A stretch of 64,000 bases of DNA, from contig OZ024749.1 in NCBI GenBank assembly GCA_964016885.1, positions 19,964,001 through 20,028,000 on the forward strand, read 5' to 3'. The notes beneath the pieces are model-generated. The model saw only the letters and a program-made list of their open reading frames with translations. It was not told where the DNA came from and did no database searches. A program made the position numbers and the translations under genes. Positions within the stretch are counted from its first letter, which is position 1. Every line of letters begins with the position of its first letter. Of the stretch, positions 24,201 through 37,022 are shown in pieces. The DNA comes from Eledone cirrhosa. Its lineage: Eukaryota.

Positions 24201-24720
24201 CTTCCAGAAGTCCCTGGCCTGGCAGTGCTACCGAGGGGCTTTACCCGTTCGAGAAAGGCTCTACAGACACGGGCGCCCGGGTAGGGACCCCGCCAAAAAG
24301 ATCTGTCCCAGATGCGTGTGCGACGAGGAAACCGTTGCACACGCATTGGTACACTGCTCGGGCGTAGCCGATCTGTGGGGCTATGTCGAACAATTGCTGT
24401 CAAGGGTGGAACCGATCCGGTTGACCACCGAGTCTATTGTAATGATCAAGCCGCCTCCCCCCTTCAAAGATGAAGCAGAGGCGGTGTTTCTGTGCGTAAT
24501 AGCCATGGCGAAAGAGGTTGTATGGTGGACGCGTCTGAAAGGACTGAGGTCAGGCACCTTTCTCTCTGGCCAACAACTGGTCCGTTTCTTCCGATATCAT
24601 TTCGGAAGAAGGATCAGGATGGAGAGAGAGGTGCTGCACCCCAGCCGTTTCTATGAAAGATGGGTGAAAGTGGCGAGAATGGCCCGTGTGAATGGGCCTT
24701 CACTCTACATCAGACTATAG
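21283..24720 (+). CDS. Tx1/L1-clade ORF2: AP endonuclease + reverse transcriptase + C-terminal CCHC (~1145 aa, uninterrupted)
   Basis: CLNARGL, GDWN, SYLDR, SDH, GYWKLN, SPGLDG, FRPITLLN, DQSKAFDRV, IRQGCPLS, AYADD, CPRC..ETVAHALVHC. Confidence 0.93.
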   Translation: MAMLRVGCLNARGLGSTWKQAMLLNDLRSQRIDVMVICEARISNVRQLAPTFDDFEMHASLCQPGGGGGVVVLLQKHLGLATQMVHLDPEGRLVVLDLGSGKGGAFRLVAAYGPFGSMRPDFFHRLETFLGTSRSLLLVGDWNGILDARWDYVGACPDREGCNSLKGLIGRFDLADRYRLDFPTAPTWTWANRSGSSRSYLDRFLVRIKDKDFLSCPKMRMVGYSDHKLVTCMVNLDRTHRQGPGYWKLNLSLPASRAYRNRISTLVKERLTGAIVNSRWWVSLKREIRVVSIEFSKVLAADRNRKERELIDRVEEAIRSGDVARVLASRTALSQFFDAKHEGCVVRSKIRALGNEGTKAVSWARVTEANSGTKSTIRSLRDLDGRAILEPKQMCEAFQRHFARLFGRGGEPVGNVDFGPYLDGLPRLSDREAKSCEEPISAAEIEDVLSQCGKRKSPGLDGLPYELYLAMPDLFLDLLEAVYCNWQQNGRIPCTVTKGVVTLVRKDENKGDEISNFRPITLLNTELQILAKVLAKRLALVVGNLVGDAQTCAIPSRSIHDNLHLMRYIIERVGNEPGFGGALINLDQSKAFDRVDHGYLDAVLAAAGFGPVFRGWITAMHSSRICSRVKVNGYLSEPFKIARSIRQGCPLSSLLYVLTLEPLLRKLELLQGIPLEPGLRKAVSAYADDVTVMVSTASEIEAVGTLLEEYEKFTGAKLNRDKSIGLQLGTWRGIPMPSDGVVGRWTEGPVKLLGVWFGPDLQVEKNWAEVTNRVFALTQKWASCKLSLKGRAEVANTYIASVIYYRLTVVPCPRETLTKMERALFQFLWKRRAPMVRRSICCQHPSKGGLGMPWLMMRKHALRLRHLYVFLTGQPVWASFVRRTFPRLVSLTELQSWVKQRPRKLGAWHTECAQALTALWQADPVISGDSTATFYRGLVRSRCDDALGEALDMEEDELASLFGRTFSPGPMDNFQKSLAWQCYRGALPVRERLYRHGRPGRDPAKKICPRCVCDEETVAHALVHCSGVADLWGYVEQLLSRVEPIRLTTESIVMIKPPPPFKDEAEAVFLCVIAMAKEVVWWTRLKGLRSGTFLSGQQLVRFFRYHFGRRIRMEREVLHPSRFYERWVKVARMARVNGPSLYIRL

Positions 24721-25017
24721 GTGAGGAAGATGAAAGACCAAGGGAGCACCCCTTCTCTGTGCTCCTGAGGAGAAGGGTTGCACACTTTTTTCGGGGGTGT
24801 GTGCGACCCCCCAAGGCGCCTCCTCTCTATTGAGGATTTTGTTAAAAATTTTACTTTTTGTTATATCTTATTTTATTTTTATATTTTGTTATTGCCTCCT
24901 CCTTATTGAGGACGCCTTTTTGTGTAAACTCCCCCCTTTGTACTTGTCCCACTTTTGATGCCCTAGTGGCAAATAAAAGAAATATATCTATCTATCTATC
25001 TATCTATCTATATATCT

Positions 25018-25057
25018 ATGTCCCCTTCTTTTGTGCCCCTGTGGCTAATAAAGAAAC
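25018..25057 (+). mobile_element. Short 3' terminus of a second Tx1-like copy in the same (TATC)n tract
   Basis: TGTCCCCTTCTTTTGTGCCCCTGTGGCTAATAAAGAAA resembles TGTCCCACTTTTGATGCCCTAGTGGCAAATAAAAGAAA at ~24944-24982. Confidence 0.6.
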
Positions 25058-25059
25058 AT

Positions 25060-25480
25060 CACAGTAATAGAGAAGACCCGCCTTATCTAAGTACAAAGTG
25101 AAACCTACTACAGTCAGTAGGCACCTCTAACAAAATACACCCCATCCCACTACCCACACCCCATCCACACCACCCCTTTCAATGTAAAGTTATATTGGTG
25201 TCACAACATCCAGCCGAAACAGATGAGGTCGTGTAGGTGTCACGACAAAAAAACACACAGACCACGCTGTAATGTGGCCGTGTAGGTAACAGGGTAAAAA
25301 CCTCCCAGTTCCACACTGTAAATGTGGTTGGTGTTAGGAAGGGCATCCAGCTGTAGAAAATCAGCCAGACAGTCCTATGCGAGCAAGACAACCACTCTTG
25401 CCTCAAGTGGGAAAACTCCCATCCAAACCCATGCAAGCGTGGAATATGGACGTTAAACGATGATGATGATGATGATGATG

Positions 25481-25481
<1 letters not shown>
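25060..25481 (+). mobile_element. RTE family A 3' UTR fragment
   Basis: CAGTAATAGAGAAGACCCGCCTT.. to GGACGTTAAAC(GAT)n. Confidence 0.9.
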
Positions 25482-25532
<51 letters not shown>

Positions 25533-25539
<7 letters not shown>

Positions 25540-26187
25540 TAAAGTTAGTCCTTCATCAGTGATCTTCCAACCATCATTGGTATTTCATCGCTTTAAAGAC
25601 CATATACCTCCGGTTGGTGCGAGCAACGGCTACAAAAAGTCGTTGGGACACGTAAATAAAGGGGACACGAGAGTGTAAACAAACAAAGATGGTGAAGCAA
25701 CGAAAAGTGAGGAAGAAGGAGTCAAGTTCCAAATTTCCATGAATATAAGTTCGGTGAAATCGTGAACGAGAGAGAATAAAGAGCATCAAATCTGGTTGGA
25801 ATATGAGCAAGGAAGGAATTCCGTACAGGTCTAACGGGAGGAAGAAGGGATCTAGTCTGTGAATTCGGTGAACGTAAGTTCTGTGAAATCGTAGACGAGA
25901 GAGAGAAAAAAAGCGACCTGCCAGACCAAGGGTGCGAAAGAAAAGAATTACGCACAGGTCAAACGGGAAGAAGGAGGAGGAGGAGAGGTAGTAACAGAGA
26001 GTGAGTGAGTGAAGGGTGAGGAAGAGGCTAACAGAGAGAGTGACTGTTAGAGAGGGTAAAGATACAGAGAAAGAGGAAGCAGTAAGAACGAAATAGACGG
26101 GTCACAGCGGGGGGAAAAAAATGTGTAAATATGAGAATAAACGTGCTGCGTGGCTGCTAATGGGTTACATATGAATAAAGTTAGTCC

Positions 26188-26192
<5 letters not shown>
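25533..26192 (-). mobile_element. Unclassified ~660-bp element with 24-bp terminal direct repeats between (TA)n tracts
   Basis: ATATGAATAAAGTTAGTCCTTCAT at both ends; internal ~130-bp imperfect duplication. Confidence 0.55.
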
Positions 26193-26221
<29 letters not shown>

Positions 26222-26227
<6 letters not shown>

Positions 26228-26521
26228 AACCTTGGTCTTCCTCTTCTAGTGTGTCCATGTAGGGGCTCCCAAAGGAGCACTGAGTGCAATGTCAACTCTG
26301 GATGTCGGTGAGCATGTCCAGCCAACCTCAGTCTCCTCTGTGTCACTTTTGAGCTGACTTTTGGGATGCTCCCATACAGCTCTGAGTTTTTGATGCCCTA
26401 AGGACAGACGCTGGTCTGTTGGAAATGCAGGATATGGCAGTGATAATGAGGGACAGAGACTGCTGGAGAGAACTCGTCCATGGATCTCGGGAATTTTACC
26501 CGCCTTAGATAGATAGATAGA
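26222..26521. mobile_element. RTEX-like LINE 3' end with inverted upstream segment (26222-26395 on -, 26399-26521 on +)
   Basis: Minus RRLRLAGHAHRHPE..LLWEPLHGHTRRGRPRLTY; plus RTDAGLLEMQDMAVIMRDRDCWRELV..* then (TAGA)n. Confidence 0.75.
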
Positions 26522-26534
26522 GATATATATATAT

Positions 26535-26878
26535 GGAGGTACATGGCTTAGTGGTTAGTTAGTGGTTAGAGCATTGGCCTTGCAATCAAAAGGTTGTGAG
26601 TTCAATTCTCAGACCGGGTGATGTGTTGTTTCCTTGAGCAAGACACTTTATTTCACATTGCTCCAGTTTACTCAGCTGTAGAAATGAGATGATAGGGACT
26701 GCGGTCCCTATCATTCCACTGTAAAGTGGTCGTGGAGGTGCCACGGCAAAAAAGCACCCAGCACTCACTGTAAATGAGGTTGGTGTTAGGAAGGTCATCC
26801 AGCTGTAGAAATCAAGCCAGAATTAGTTCCCGTCCCACCCTTGCAAGCAGGGGAAAGCAGCCATAAAATGAAATGATG
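26535..26878 (+). mobile_element. tRNA-derived SINE family 1, full length
   Basis: A/B boxes, CCTTGAGCAAGACACTT core, RTE-like body and CCCGTCCCACCCTTGCAAGCAGGG tail. Confidence 0.9.
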
Positions 26879-27164
26879 TGTGTGTGAGTGTGAGTGTCGG
26901 TATGTATATACTAACCTGTCTGCTCACACATACTTTGTCATCTGTTGTGAATGTTGTGTTGAAAAAAAGAAGAAATTAACAAGAAAACCTCACCTCTCCT
27001 CCTCCTACCCACCCCACCTCACCACCTGCCACTCTGTCACCCTCCTACCCCCCCCCTCACCACCTTCCCCCCCCCCCCCCCCTCCCGCATACTGATCCCA
27101 CACCACCTGCCACCCTGTCACCTCTATCTATTGTCATCACCACTGATAGAATCTGGCATTTTTA

Positions 27165-28150
27165 CCACTGCCATAGAACCACCACCACTGCTATTGGTAA
27201 CCACCACCACCACTGCTATTGGTAACCACCACCACCACCACTGCTATTGGTAACCACCACCACCACCACTGCTATTGGTAACCACCACCACCACCACTGC
27301 TATTGGTAACCACCACCACCACCACTGCTATTGGTAACCACCACCACCACCACTGCTATTGGTAACCACCATCACTGCTATAGGTCCACCACCACCACCA
27401 CTGCCATAAGACCACCACCACCACTGCCATAGGACCACCACCACTGCTATTGGTAACCACCACCACCACCACTGCTATTGGTAACCACCACCACCACCAC
27501 TGCTATTGGTAACCACCATCACTGCTATAGGTCCACCACCGCCACCACTGCCATAGGACCACCACCACCACTGCCATAGGACCACCACCACTGCTATTGG
27601 TAACCACCACCACCACCACTGCTATTGGTAACCACCACCACCACCACTGCTATTGGTAACCACCACCACCACCACTGCCATAAGACCACCACCACCACCA
27701 CTGCTATTGGTAACCACCACCACCACTGCCATAGGACCACTGCCACCACCACCACTGCTATTGGTAACCACCACCACCATCACTGCTATAGGTCCACCAC
27801 CACCACTGCCATAGGACCACCGCCACCACCACCACTGCCATAGGACCACCACCACCACTGCCATAGGACCACCACCACTGCTATTGGTAACCACCACCAC
27901 CATCACTGCTATAGGTCCACCACCACCACTGCCATAGGACCACTGCCACCACCACCACTGCCATAGGACCACCACCACCACTGCCATAGGACCACCACCA
28001 CTGCTATTGGTAACCACCATCACTGCTATAGGTCCACCACCACCATCACTGCCATAAGACCACCACCACCACTGCCATAGGACCATCACCACCACCATTG
28101 CCATAGGACCACCACCACCACTGCTATTGGTCACCACCACCACCACTGCC
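27165..28150. repeat. ~25-28-bp minisatellite (ACC)n-ACTGCTATTGGTA / ACTGCCATAGG
   Basis: Direct tandem repetition. Confidence 0.9.
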
Positions 28151-28299
28151 ACCACTACCACCACCATCTTATCTACCAGTACCACCACCTTCATCCCTAC
28201 CACACTCAAATACAGTCGCCACAACCACCTTACACCACTATCCCCACTACCACCACCATACACCACACACCACCACCATCCATCCACCACCACCACTAC

Positions 28300-31200
28300 A
28301 ACCATCCACCCTCACCCCAGCCACCACCCCCAAACCATCCATCACCACCACTACCATCCACCATCATCCCTCCCCCCCGAACCATCCATCACCACCACTA
28401 CCAAACCATCCATCACCACCACTACCATCCACCATCATCCCTCCCTCCCGAATCATCCATCACCACCACTACCCCCCCTCCCGCCCCAACCATCCATCAC
28501 CACCACTACCATCCACCACCATCACCCCCCCAACCATCCATCACCATCACCCCAACCATCCACCACCATCACCCCAACCATCCACCACCACCACTACCAT
28601 CCACCACCCTCACCCCATCCATCACCACCACTACCATCCACCACCCTCACCCCATCCATCACCACCACTACCATCCACCACCCTCACCCCATCCATCACC
28701 ACCACTACCATCCACCACCCTCACCCCATCCATCACCACCACCACCACCATCCACCACCCTCACCCCATCCATCACCACCACTACCATCCACCACCCTCA
28801 CCCCATCCATCACCACCACCACTACCATCCACCACCCTCACCCCATCCATCACCACCACCACCACCATCCACCACCCTCACCCCATCCATCACCACCACT
28901 ACCATCCACCAACCTCACCCCATCCATCACCACCACCACTACCATCCACCACCCTCACCCCATCCATCACCACCACTACCATCCACCACCCTCACCCCAT
29001 CCATCACCACCACCACCACCATCCACCACCCTCACCCCATCCATCACCACCACTACCATCCACCACCCTCACCCCATCCATCACCACTACCATCCACCAC
29101 CCTCACCCCATCCATCACCACCACCACTACCATCCACCACCCTCACCCCATCCATCACCACCACTACCATCCACCACCCTCACCCCATCCATCACCACTA
29201 CCATCCACCACCCTCACCCCATCCATCACCACCACCACTACCATCCACCACCCTCACCCCATCCATCACCACCACTACCATCCACCACCCTCACCCCAAC
29301 CATCACCACCACCACTACCATCCACCACCCTCACCCCAACCATCACCACCACCACTACCATCCACCACCCTCACCCCAACCATCACTACCACTACCATCC
29401 ACCACCCTCACCCCAACCATCACCACCACCACTACCATCCACCACCCTCACCCCATCCATCACCACCCCTACCATCCACCACCCTCACCCCATCCATCAC
29501 CACCACCACTACCATCCACCACCCTCTCCCCATCCATCACCACCACCACCATCCACCACCCTCACCCCATCCACCACCACCACCACTACCCTCCACCACC
29601 CTCTCCCCATCCATCACCACCACCACCATCCACCACCCTCACCCCATCCACCACCACCACCACTACCATCCACCACCCTCACCCCATCCATCACCACCAC
29701 CACTACCATCCACCACCCTCACCCCATCCATCACCACCACCACTACCATCCACCACCCTCACCCCATCCACCACCACCACCACTACCATCCACCACCCTC
29801 ACCCCATCCATCACCACCACTACCATCCACCACCCTCACCCCAACCATCACCACCACCACTACCCTCCACCACCCTCTCCCCATCCATCACCACCACTAC
29901 CATCCACCACCCTCACCCCATCCATCACCACCACCACTACCATCCACCACCCTCTCCCCATCCATCACCACCACCACCATCCACCACCCTCACCCCATCC
30001 ATCACCACCACCACTACCATCCACCACCCTCACCCCATCCACCACCACCACCACTACCATCCACCACCCTCACCCCATCCATCACCACCACTACCATCCA
30101 CCACCCTCACCCCATCCATCACCACCACCACTACCATCCACCACCCTCTCCCCATCCATCACCACCACCACTACCATCCACCACCCTCTCCCCATCCATC
30201 ACCACCACCACCATCCACCACCCTCACCCCATCCATCACCACCACCACTACCATCCACCACCCTCACCCCATCCACCACCACTACCATCCACCACCCTCA
30301 CCCCATCCATCACCACCACTACCATCCACCACCCTCACCCCATCCATCACCACCACCACTACCATCCACCACCCTCACCCCATCCATCACCACCACTACC
30401 ATCCACCACCCTCACCCCATCCATCACCACCACCACTACCATCCACCACCCTCTCCCCATCCACCACCACCACCACTACCATCCACCACCCTCTCCCCAT
30501 CCATCACCACCACCACCACCATCCACCACCCTCACCCTTTCCATCACCACCACCACTACCATCCACCACCCTCACCCCATCCACCACCACCACCACTACC
30601 ATCCACCACCCTCACCCCATCCATCACCACCACCACTACCATCCACCACCCTCACCCCATCCATCACCACCACCACCATCCACCACCCTCACCCCATCCA
30701 CCACCACCACCACTACCATCCACCACCCTCACCCCATCCATCACCACCACCACTACCATCCACCACCCTCACCCCATCCATCACCACCACCACTACCATC
30801 CACCACCCTCACCCCATCCATCACCACCACCACCATCCACCACCCTCACCCCATCCATCACCACCACCACTACCATCCACCACCCTCACCCCATCCTTCA
30901 CCACCACCACTACCATCCACCACCCTCACCCCATCCATCACCACCACCACTACCATCCACCACCCTCACCCCATCCATCACCACCACCACTACCATCCAC
31001 CACCCTCACCCCATCCATCACCACCACCACTACCATCCACCACCCTCACCCCATCCATCACCACCACCACTACCATCCACCACCCTCACCCCATCCATCA
31101 CCACCACCACTACCATCCACCACCCTCACCCCATCCATCACCACCACCACCATCCACCACCCTCACCCCATCCATCACCACCACCACTACCATCCACCAC

Positions 31201-31893
31201 CCTCACCCCATCCATCACCACCACCACCATCCACCACCCTCACCCCATCCACCACCACCACCACTACCATCCACCACCCTCACCCCATCCATCACCACCA
31301 CCACTACCATCCACCACCCTCACCCCATCCATCACCACCACCACCACCATCCACCACCCTCACCCCATCCACCACCACCACCACCATCCACCACCCTCAC
31401 CCCATCCACCACCACCACCACCACCATCCACCACCCTCACCCCATCCACCACCACCACCACCATCCACCACCCTCACCCCATCCACCACCACCACCACTA
31501 CCATCCACCACCCTCACCCCATCCATCACCACCACCACCATCCACCACCCTCACCCCATCCATCACCACCACCACTACCATCCACCACCCTCACCCCATC
31601 CATCACCACCACCACTACCATCCACCACCCTCACCCCATCCATCACCACCACCACTACCATCCACCACCCTCACCCCATCCATCACCACCACCACTACCA
31701 TCCACCACCCTCACCCCATCCATCACCACCACCACTACCATCCACCACCCTCACCCCATCCATCACCACCACCACCACCATCCACCACCCTCACCCCATC
31801 CACCACCACCACCACCATCCACCACCCTCACCCCATCCACCACCACCACCACCATCCACCACCCTCACCCCATCCACCACCACCACCACCACC
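28300..31893. repeat. ~37-40-bp C-rich minisatellite, ~3.5 kb
   Basis: Unit CCATCCATCACCACCACCACTACCATCCACCACCCTCACC; plus strand almost devoid of G. Confidence 0.95.
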
Positions 31894-32320
31894 ATGTACC
31901 ATTCTGACATTCTGCTGCAGGACAGACCTGTACTGTTACAACAACAACAACTATAGTGACAGACATATCTGCCACTATAGTTATCATCATCATTGTCATC
32001 ATAACCATCATCACCATCACCATCATCATCATCATCATCATCACCATCATCTTATCACTATCACCATCACTACCATCACCATTATCATCACTAGCCTCAT
32101 CATCACCATCACTACCATCACTACCACTATCACCATCACCATCATCATCATTGTTATCATCACCACCAGCGTCATATATATATATATGCATGTTTGTGTG
32201 TGTGTTGTACACACCTCTTGCCCCCCTCTCTCTGTATATATATATATGTTTGTGTGTATATGGGTGTAAAATGATGATGATCACACATGCACGGTATGTG
32301 TGTGTATAAATGTGTCTATG

Positions 32321-32354
<34 letters not shown>

Positions 32355-32375
32355 CATGCACACACACAGACGTGT

Positions 32376-32412
<37 letters not shown>

Positions 32413-33109
32413 CATGCACACACACAGACGTGTACACACACGTGCACACATATATATATATACACACATATTCACACACTTATATATATATATATATGCA
32501 TGCACACACACACATGCACACGCACACACACATATATCACATATACACACATATATATACATGCACACACACACATATATATACACACATATACGCACAC
32601 ACACATATATATATACACATGTATATACACACACATATATATATATATATATACACACATACATACTCACACACTCATATATATACACACACATATATAT
32701 ACTTATATACTCACACATGCACATATATATATATACACATACATACTCACACACACACATATATACACACACACACACATATATATACACACACACACAT
32801 ATACACACATACACATGTATACACACACACATATATATACACACACACTGAAATTTATTAAAAGTTCAGCGGAAAAAAATTGTTTCCCATCTCTCTTTCA
32901 ACATTGTTGGTGTTGTTACTGTTGTTGATGTTGCTGTTGTTGAAGTTTGGGTGGTGAATGAAGGGAGGGGAGGGGGATGTTGGTATGTCACTCCCCTCTC
33001 ATTGCCATTAAAATGGCTGTTAAATTAGAGTTATTGAAGTTAATTTGATGGTGGAGGGGGGAGGTGCAAGGTCAACATTGAGTGGGGGTAACTTTTCTCA
33101 GTTCTATAT

Positions 33110-33720
33110 ATTGACTTGAGTGGAGACAGCCTTTCTCTGTCATGTACTGAGTGGAGACAGCCTTTCTCTGTCATATGTATTGAGTGGAGGCAGCCTTTCT
33201 CTGTCATATGTATTGAGGTATTGAGTGGAGGCAGCCTTTGTCTGTCATATATATTGAGTGGAGGCAGCCTTTCTCTGTCATATGTATTGAGGTATTGAGT
33301 GGAGGCAGACTTTGTCTGTCATATATATTGAGTGGAGGCAGCCTTTCTCTGTCATATATATTGACTTGAGTGGAGGCAGCCTTTCTGTCATATGTATTGA
33401 GTGGAGGCAGCCTTTGTCTGTCATATATATATTGAGTGGAGGCAGCCTTTCTCTGTCATATATATTGACTTGAGTGGAGGCAGCCTTTCTCTGTCATATA
33501 TATTGAGTGGAGGCAGCCTTTCTCCGTCATATGTATTGAGTGGAGGCAGCCTTTCTCTGTCATATATATTGACTTGAGAGGAGGCAGCCTTTCTCTGTCA
33601 TATATATTGAGTGGAGGCAGCCTTTCTCTGTCATATATATTGACTTGAGAGGAGGCAGCCTTTCTCTGTCATATATATTGAGTGAAGGTAACTTTTCTCA
33701 GTTCTATATATTGACTTCAG
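33110..33720. repeat. ~33-40-bp minisatellite
   Basis: ATTGAGTGGAGGCAGCCTTTCTCTGTCATATAT repeated. Confidence 0.9.
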
Positions 33721-33829
33721 TAGTCATGTCAGAATGTAAAATACTTGTATTTCAGGATTTTTATCCATCTTCAGTGAAGTATACTTACTTAGTATTGTGG
33801 CTAAGATAAGCTATCTCACACACACACAT

Positions 33830-34325
33830 ATCATCATCATCACTGTTTCACGTCTATTTTCCATGCAAATATTTTACAGAGTGTATTGGGTACATTTTAT
33901 ATTGGTACCACCACTAACATTTTATTGTGGTACCAACACTAACATTTTACAGAGTGGACTGGGTACATTTTATATTGGTACCAACACTAACACTTTACAG
34001 AATATACTAGGTGTGTTTTATATCAATGCCAAGACTAACATTTTACAGAGTGTACTGGCTGTTTTCTATATTGGTACTAATACTAACATTTTACAGGGTG
34101 TACTGGGTACATTTTATTGTGGTACCAACTCTAACATTTTACAGAGTGTACTGGCTGTTTTCTATATTGGTACCAATACTAACATTTTACAGGGTGTACT
34201 GGGTACATTTTATTGTGATACCAACTCTAATATTTGACAGAGTGTACTGGATGTGTTTTATATTGGTATCAATACTAACATTTTACAGAGTCTACAGGGT
34301 ACATTTTACTGTGGTACCAACACTA
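33830..34325 (-). repeat. ~48-bp minisatellite next to an RTE-type tail remnant
   Basis: TTTTACAGAGTGTACTGGGTACATTTTATTGTGGTACCAACACTAACA repeated; begins after TCATCATCATC..TTTCACGTCTATTTTCCATGC. Confidence 0.8.
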
Positions 34326-34560
34326 GAGAGGTTGTCACATGCTAGCCCAGGCTGAAGAATCTGTTCTAATCCTATATTGTCTCTTCAATTTGAATTGAAG
34401 TGACCAGTCGTGTCCAGTCTGTCACAGTTTAATTTTAGTGTCCAGCACTTGTGCTGGTGGTTGGGTCTTTTTTGCATTTCACCACTCAGTTATTCAACTA
34501 AACACCTTCCCTCATAGTTTTATGTAGGAACCCTTGTTATGTTATGTTCCAAATATCAGC

Positions 34561-34789
34561 TTCACCATTTAGCATTTACATTACTCTATATTTGCTATTG
34601 TATTTTCACCGTAAACACTTTATCTCATATGATTATCTCACATAATATCGAATCTACAAGATTTTGATATTATTTATTTTGAGAACAATACCTTAACATA
34701 AGTATGAGTATCTGGTTATGGCTGGTTTGAACAGAAAGAGGTGAGAGAATTCTGGCTGGATATGGCCAGTTTTAATGCTAAAGGGTTAA
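34561..34789. mobile_element. piggyBac-type MITE, diverged reverse copy of 17332-17558
   Basis: Ends AATGCTAAAGGG-TTAA; internal ATCTCACATAATATCGAATCT and GAGAACAATACCTTAACAT match the reverse of the first copy. Confidence 0.7.
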
Positions 34790-34914
34790 TAATGAGAAAT
34801 TTTATTAAAATCACTCTAAATTCTTGATTATTTTCCAAATTGTTAAATATCAAAGGCAGTGTCTTTCATTAGAAATATAGTAACGAAAAGGGTTAAAGTT
34901 TCGCTACCAATACC

Positions 34915-35755
34915 ACCACGAAACACACCACAATCACCTCCTCAACAACAACTACCACAACACCAGAACAGCAATAACTACCACCACAATCACCACCTCA
35001 ACAACAACTACCACAACACCAGAACAGCAATAACTACCACCACAACTACCGCTTCAACAACAACTACCACAACACCAGAACAGCAATAACTACCACCACA
35101 ACTACCGCCTCAACAACAACTACCACAACACCAGAACAGCAATAACTACCACCACAACTACCGCCTCAACAACAACTACCACAACACCAGAACAGCAATA
35201 ACTACCACCACAACTACCGCCTCAACAACAACTACCACAACACCAGAACAGCAATAACTACCACCACAACTACCGCCTCAACAACAACTACCACAACACC
35301 AGAACAGCAATAACTACCACCACAACTGCCACCTCAACAACAACTACCACCACAACTACCGCCTCAACAACAACTACCACAACACCAGAACAGCAATAAC
35401 TACCACCACAACTACCACCTCAACAACAACTACCACCACAACTACCGCCTCAACAACAACTACCACAACACCAAAACAGCAATAACTACCACCACAACTA
35501 CCGCCTCAACAACAACTACCACCACAACTACCGCCTCAACAACAACTACCACAACACCAGAACAGCAATAACTACCACCACAACTACCACCTCAACAACA
35601 ACTACCACCACAACTACCACCTCAACAAAAACTACCACAACACCAGAACAGCAATAACTACCACCACAACTACCGCCTCAACAACAACTACCATCACAAC
35701 TACCGCCTCAACAACAACTACCACAACACCAGAACAGCAATAACTACCACCACCA
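34915..35755. repeat. 57-bp minisatellite
   Basis: CACCACAACTACCGCCTCAACAACAACTACCACAACACCAGAACAGCAATAACTAC repeated. Confidence 0.9.
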
Positions 35756-36188
35756 GCACCAACGGACCACCAAACACACTACAGACACCACAACCACCAT
35801 CACCAGCACAACAACAACAACTACCACCAGAACAATGATAACAATCACCACCACTATAACAATAACTACTACAACAGCAATATCTACCACCACCACAATA
35901 CCATCACCAGAACAACTACCACCATCACCACAATACCATCACCAGAACAACTACCACCATCACCACAATACCACCACCAGAACCACCACAACCACTACCA
36001 CCACAATACCACCACCAGAACCACTACCACCACCAGAACAACTACCACCATCACCACAATACCACCACCAGAACAACTACCACCATCACCACAATACCAC
36101 TACCACCACAATAACCACCACCACCACCACAATACACCAATCTCTCTTCCATATTCAATCATGATATGACACATCAGTTTGTTTTGTC

Positions 36189-36219
<31 letters not shown>

Positions 36220-36533
36220 CACACGGTGTTTACTCTACCCCCCCCCCCCCCCCGCCACCTTACTTTTATTTATTTATTTTATTTTTTTCATTTTAGTTTT
36301 TTTTTTGTTAGTTACACTCTTTTTCTATCTTCTATTTCTCTCTCTCCCTCACTTTTTCCCTCTCTTCCTCACTGTCTTTCTCTCACACTCTCTCTCACTC
36401 TCTCTTTTATACTCACTCTCCCACCCCCACTTTCTCTCTCACTGCTGCCCTCTCTCTCTCTAATTGTTCTCTCCTCTCACTGCCCCATTCTCTCTCACTA
36501 CTCTCTCAATCCTACCTCTCTTTCTGCCTCATT

Positions 36534-36567
<34 letters not shown>

Positions 36568-37022
36568 ACTGCTCTCCCTCTCTCACTACTCCGGCAGTCC
36601 TACCTCTCTCTCTCCCCCCTTCTCTCTCTCTCTCTCACTGCTCTCCCGCTTTCTTTCTCTCTCTCACTTCTTTCTCTCTAACTTCTCTCTTCTTCCCTCT
36701 CTCTCACACCTCGCTCCCCCTCCCTCTCCCCTTCTTTCCCCCTCCCTCCCAACCACCTATATAATCTGTATCACCATGACAACATTGTCACCACCATAAA
36801 AATAAGATGGATGGATTTTTTGTTTTTTTGTTTTGCTACTGATGTTGTTCATGTTGTAAATATGTTTCATGATATATTGTCACAGCAATTATATATACAC
36901 ACATATATGTATATATTATGAATGTATGTTTGTTTGTATGTGTGTGCAAGTGGATTTATGTATGTATGAATCTATCTATCTATTCCCCCCCCCCCCTTCT
37001 CTCTCTCTATATATATATATAT

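Larger units (their letters stand above)
20221..24984 (+). mobile_element. Tx1/L1-clade non-LTR retrotransposon, 5'-truncated within ORF1, inserted in (TATC)n
   Basis: ORF1 remnant with zinc knuckle, intact ORF2, T-rich 3' UTR, AATAAA near 24972, (TATC)n on both flanks. Confidence 0.92.

Noticed and set aside
26916-26941. Possible minus-strand micro-exon; similar + strand candidates at ~16043-16071 and ~33756
   Set aside because: Only splice-like dinucleotides in AT-rich DNA; too short to support without RNA-seq.
28127-32269. 1380-aa His/Pro/Thr-rich ORF resembling an extensin or mucin
   Set aside because: It is a translation of a G-less minisatellite that cannot form most stop codons. The ~40-bp unit cycles through all frames, and there is no ATG start or splice evidence.
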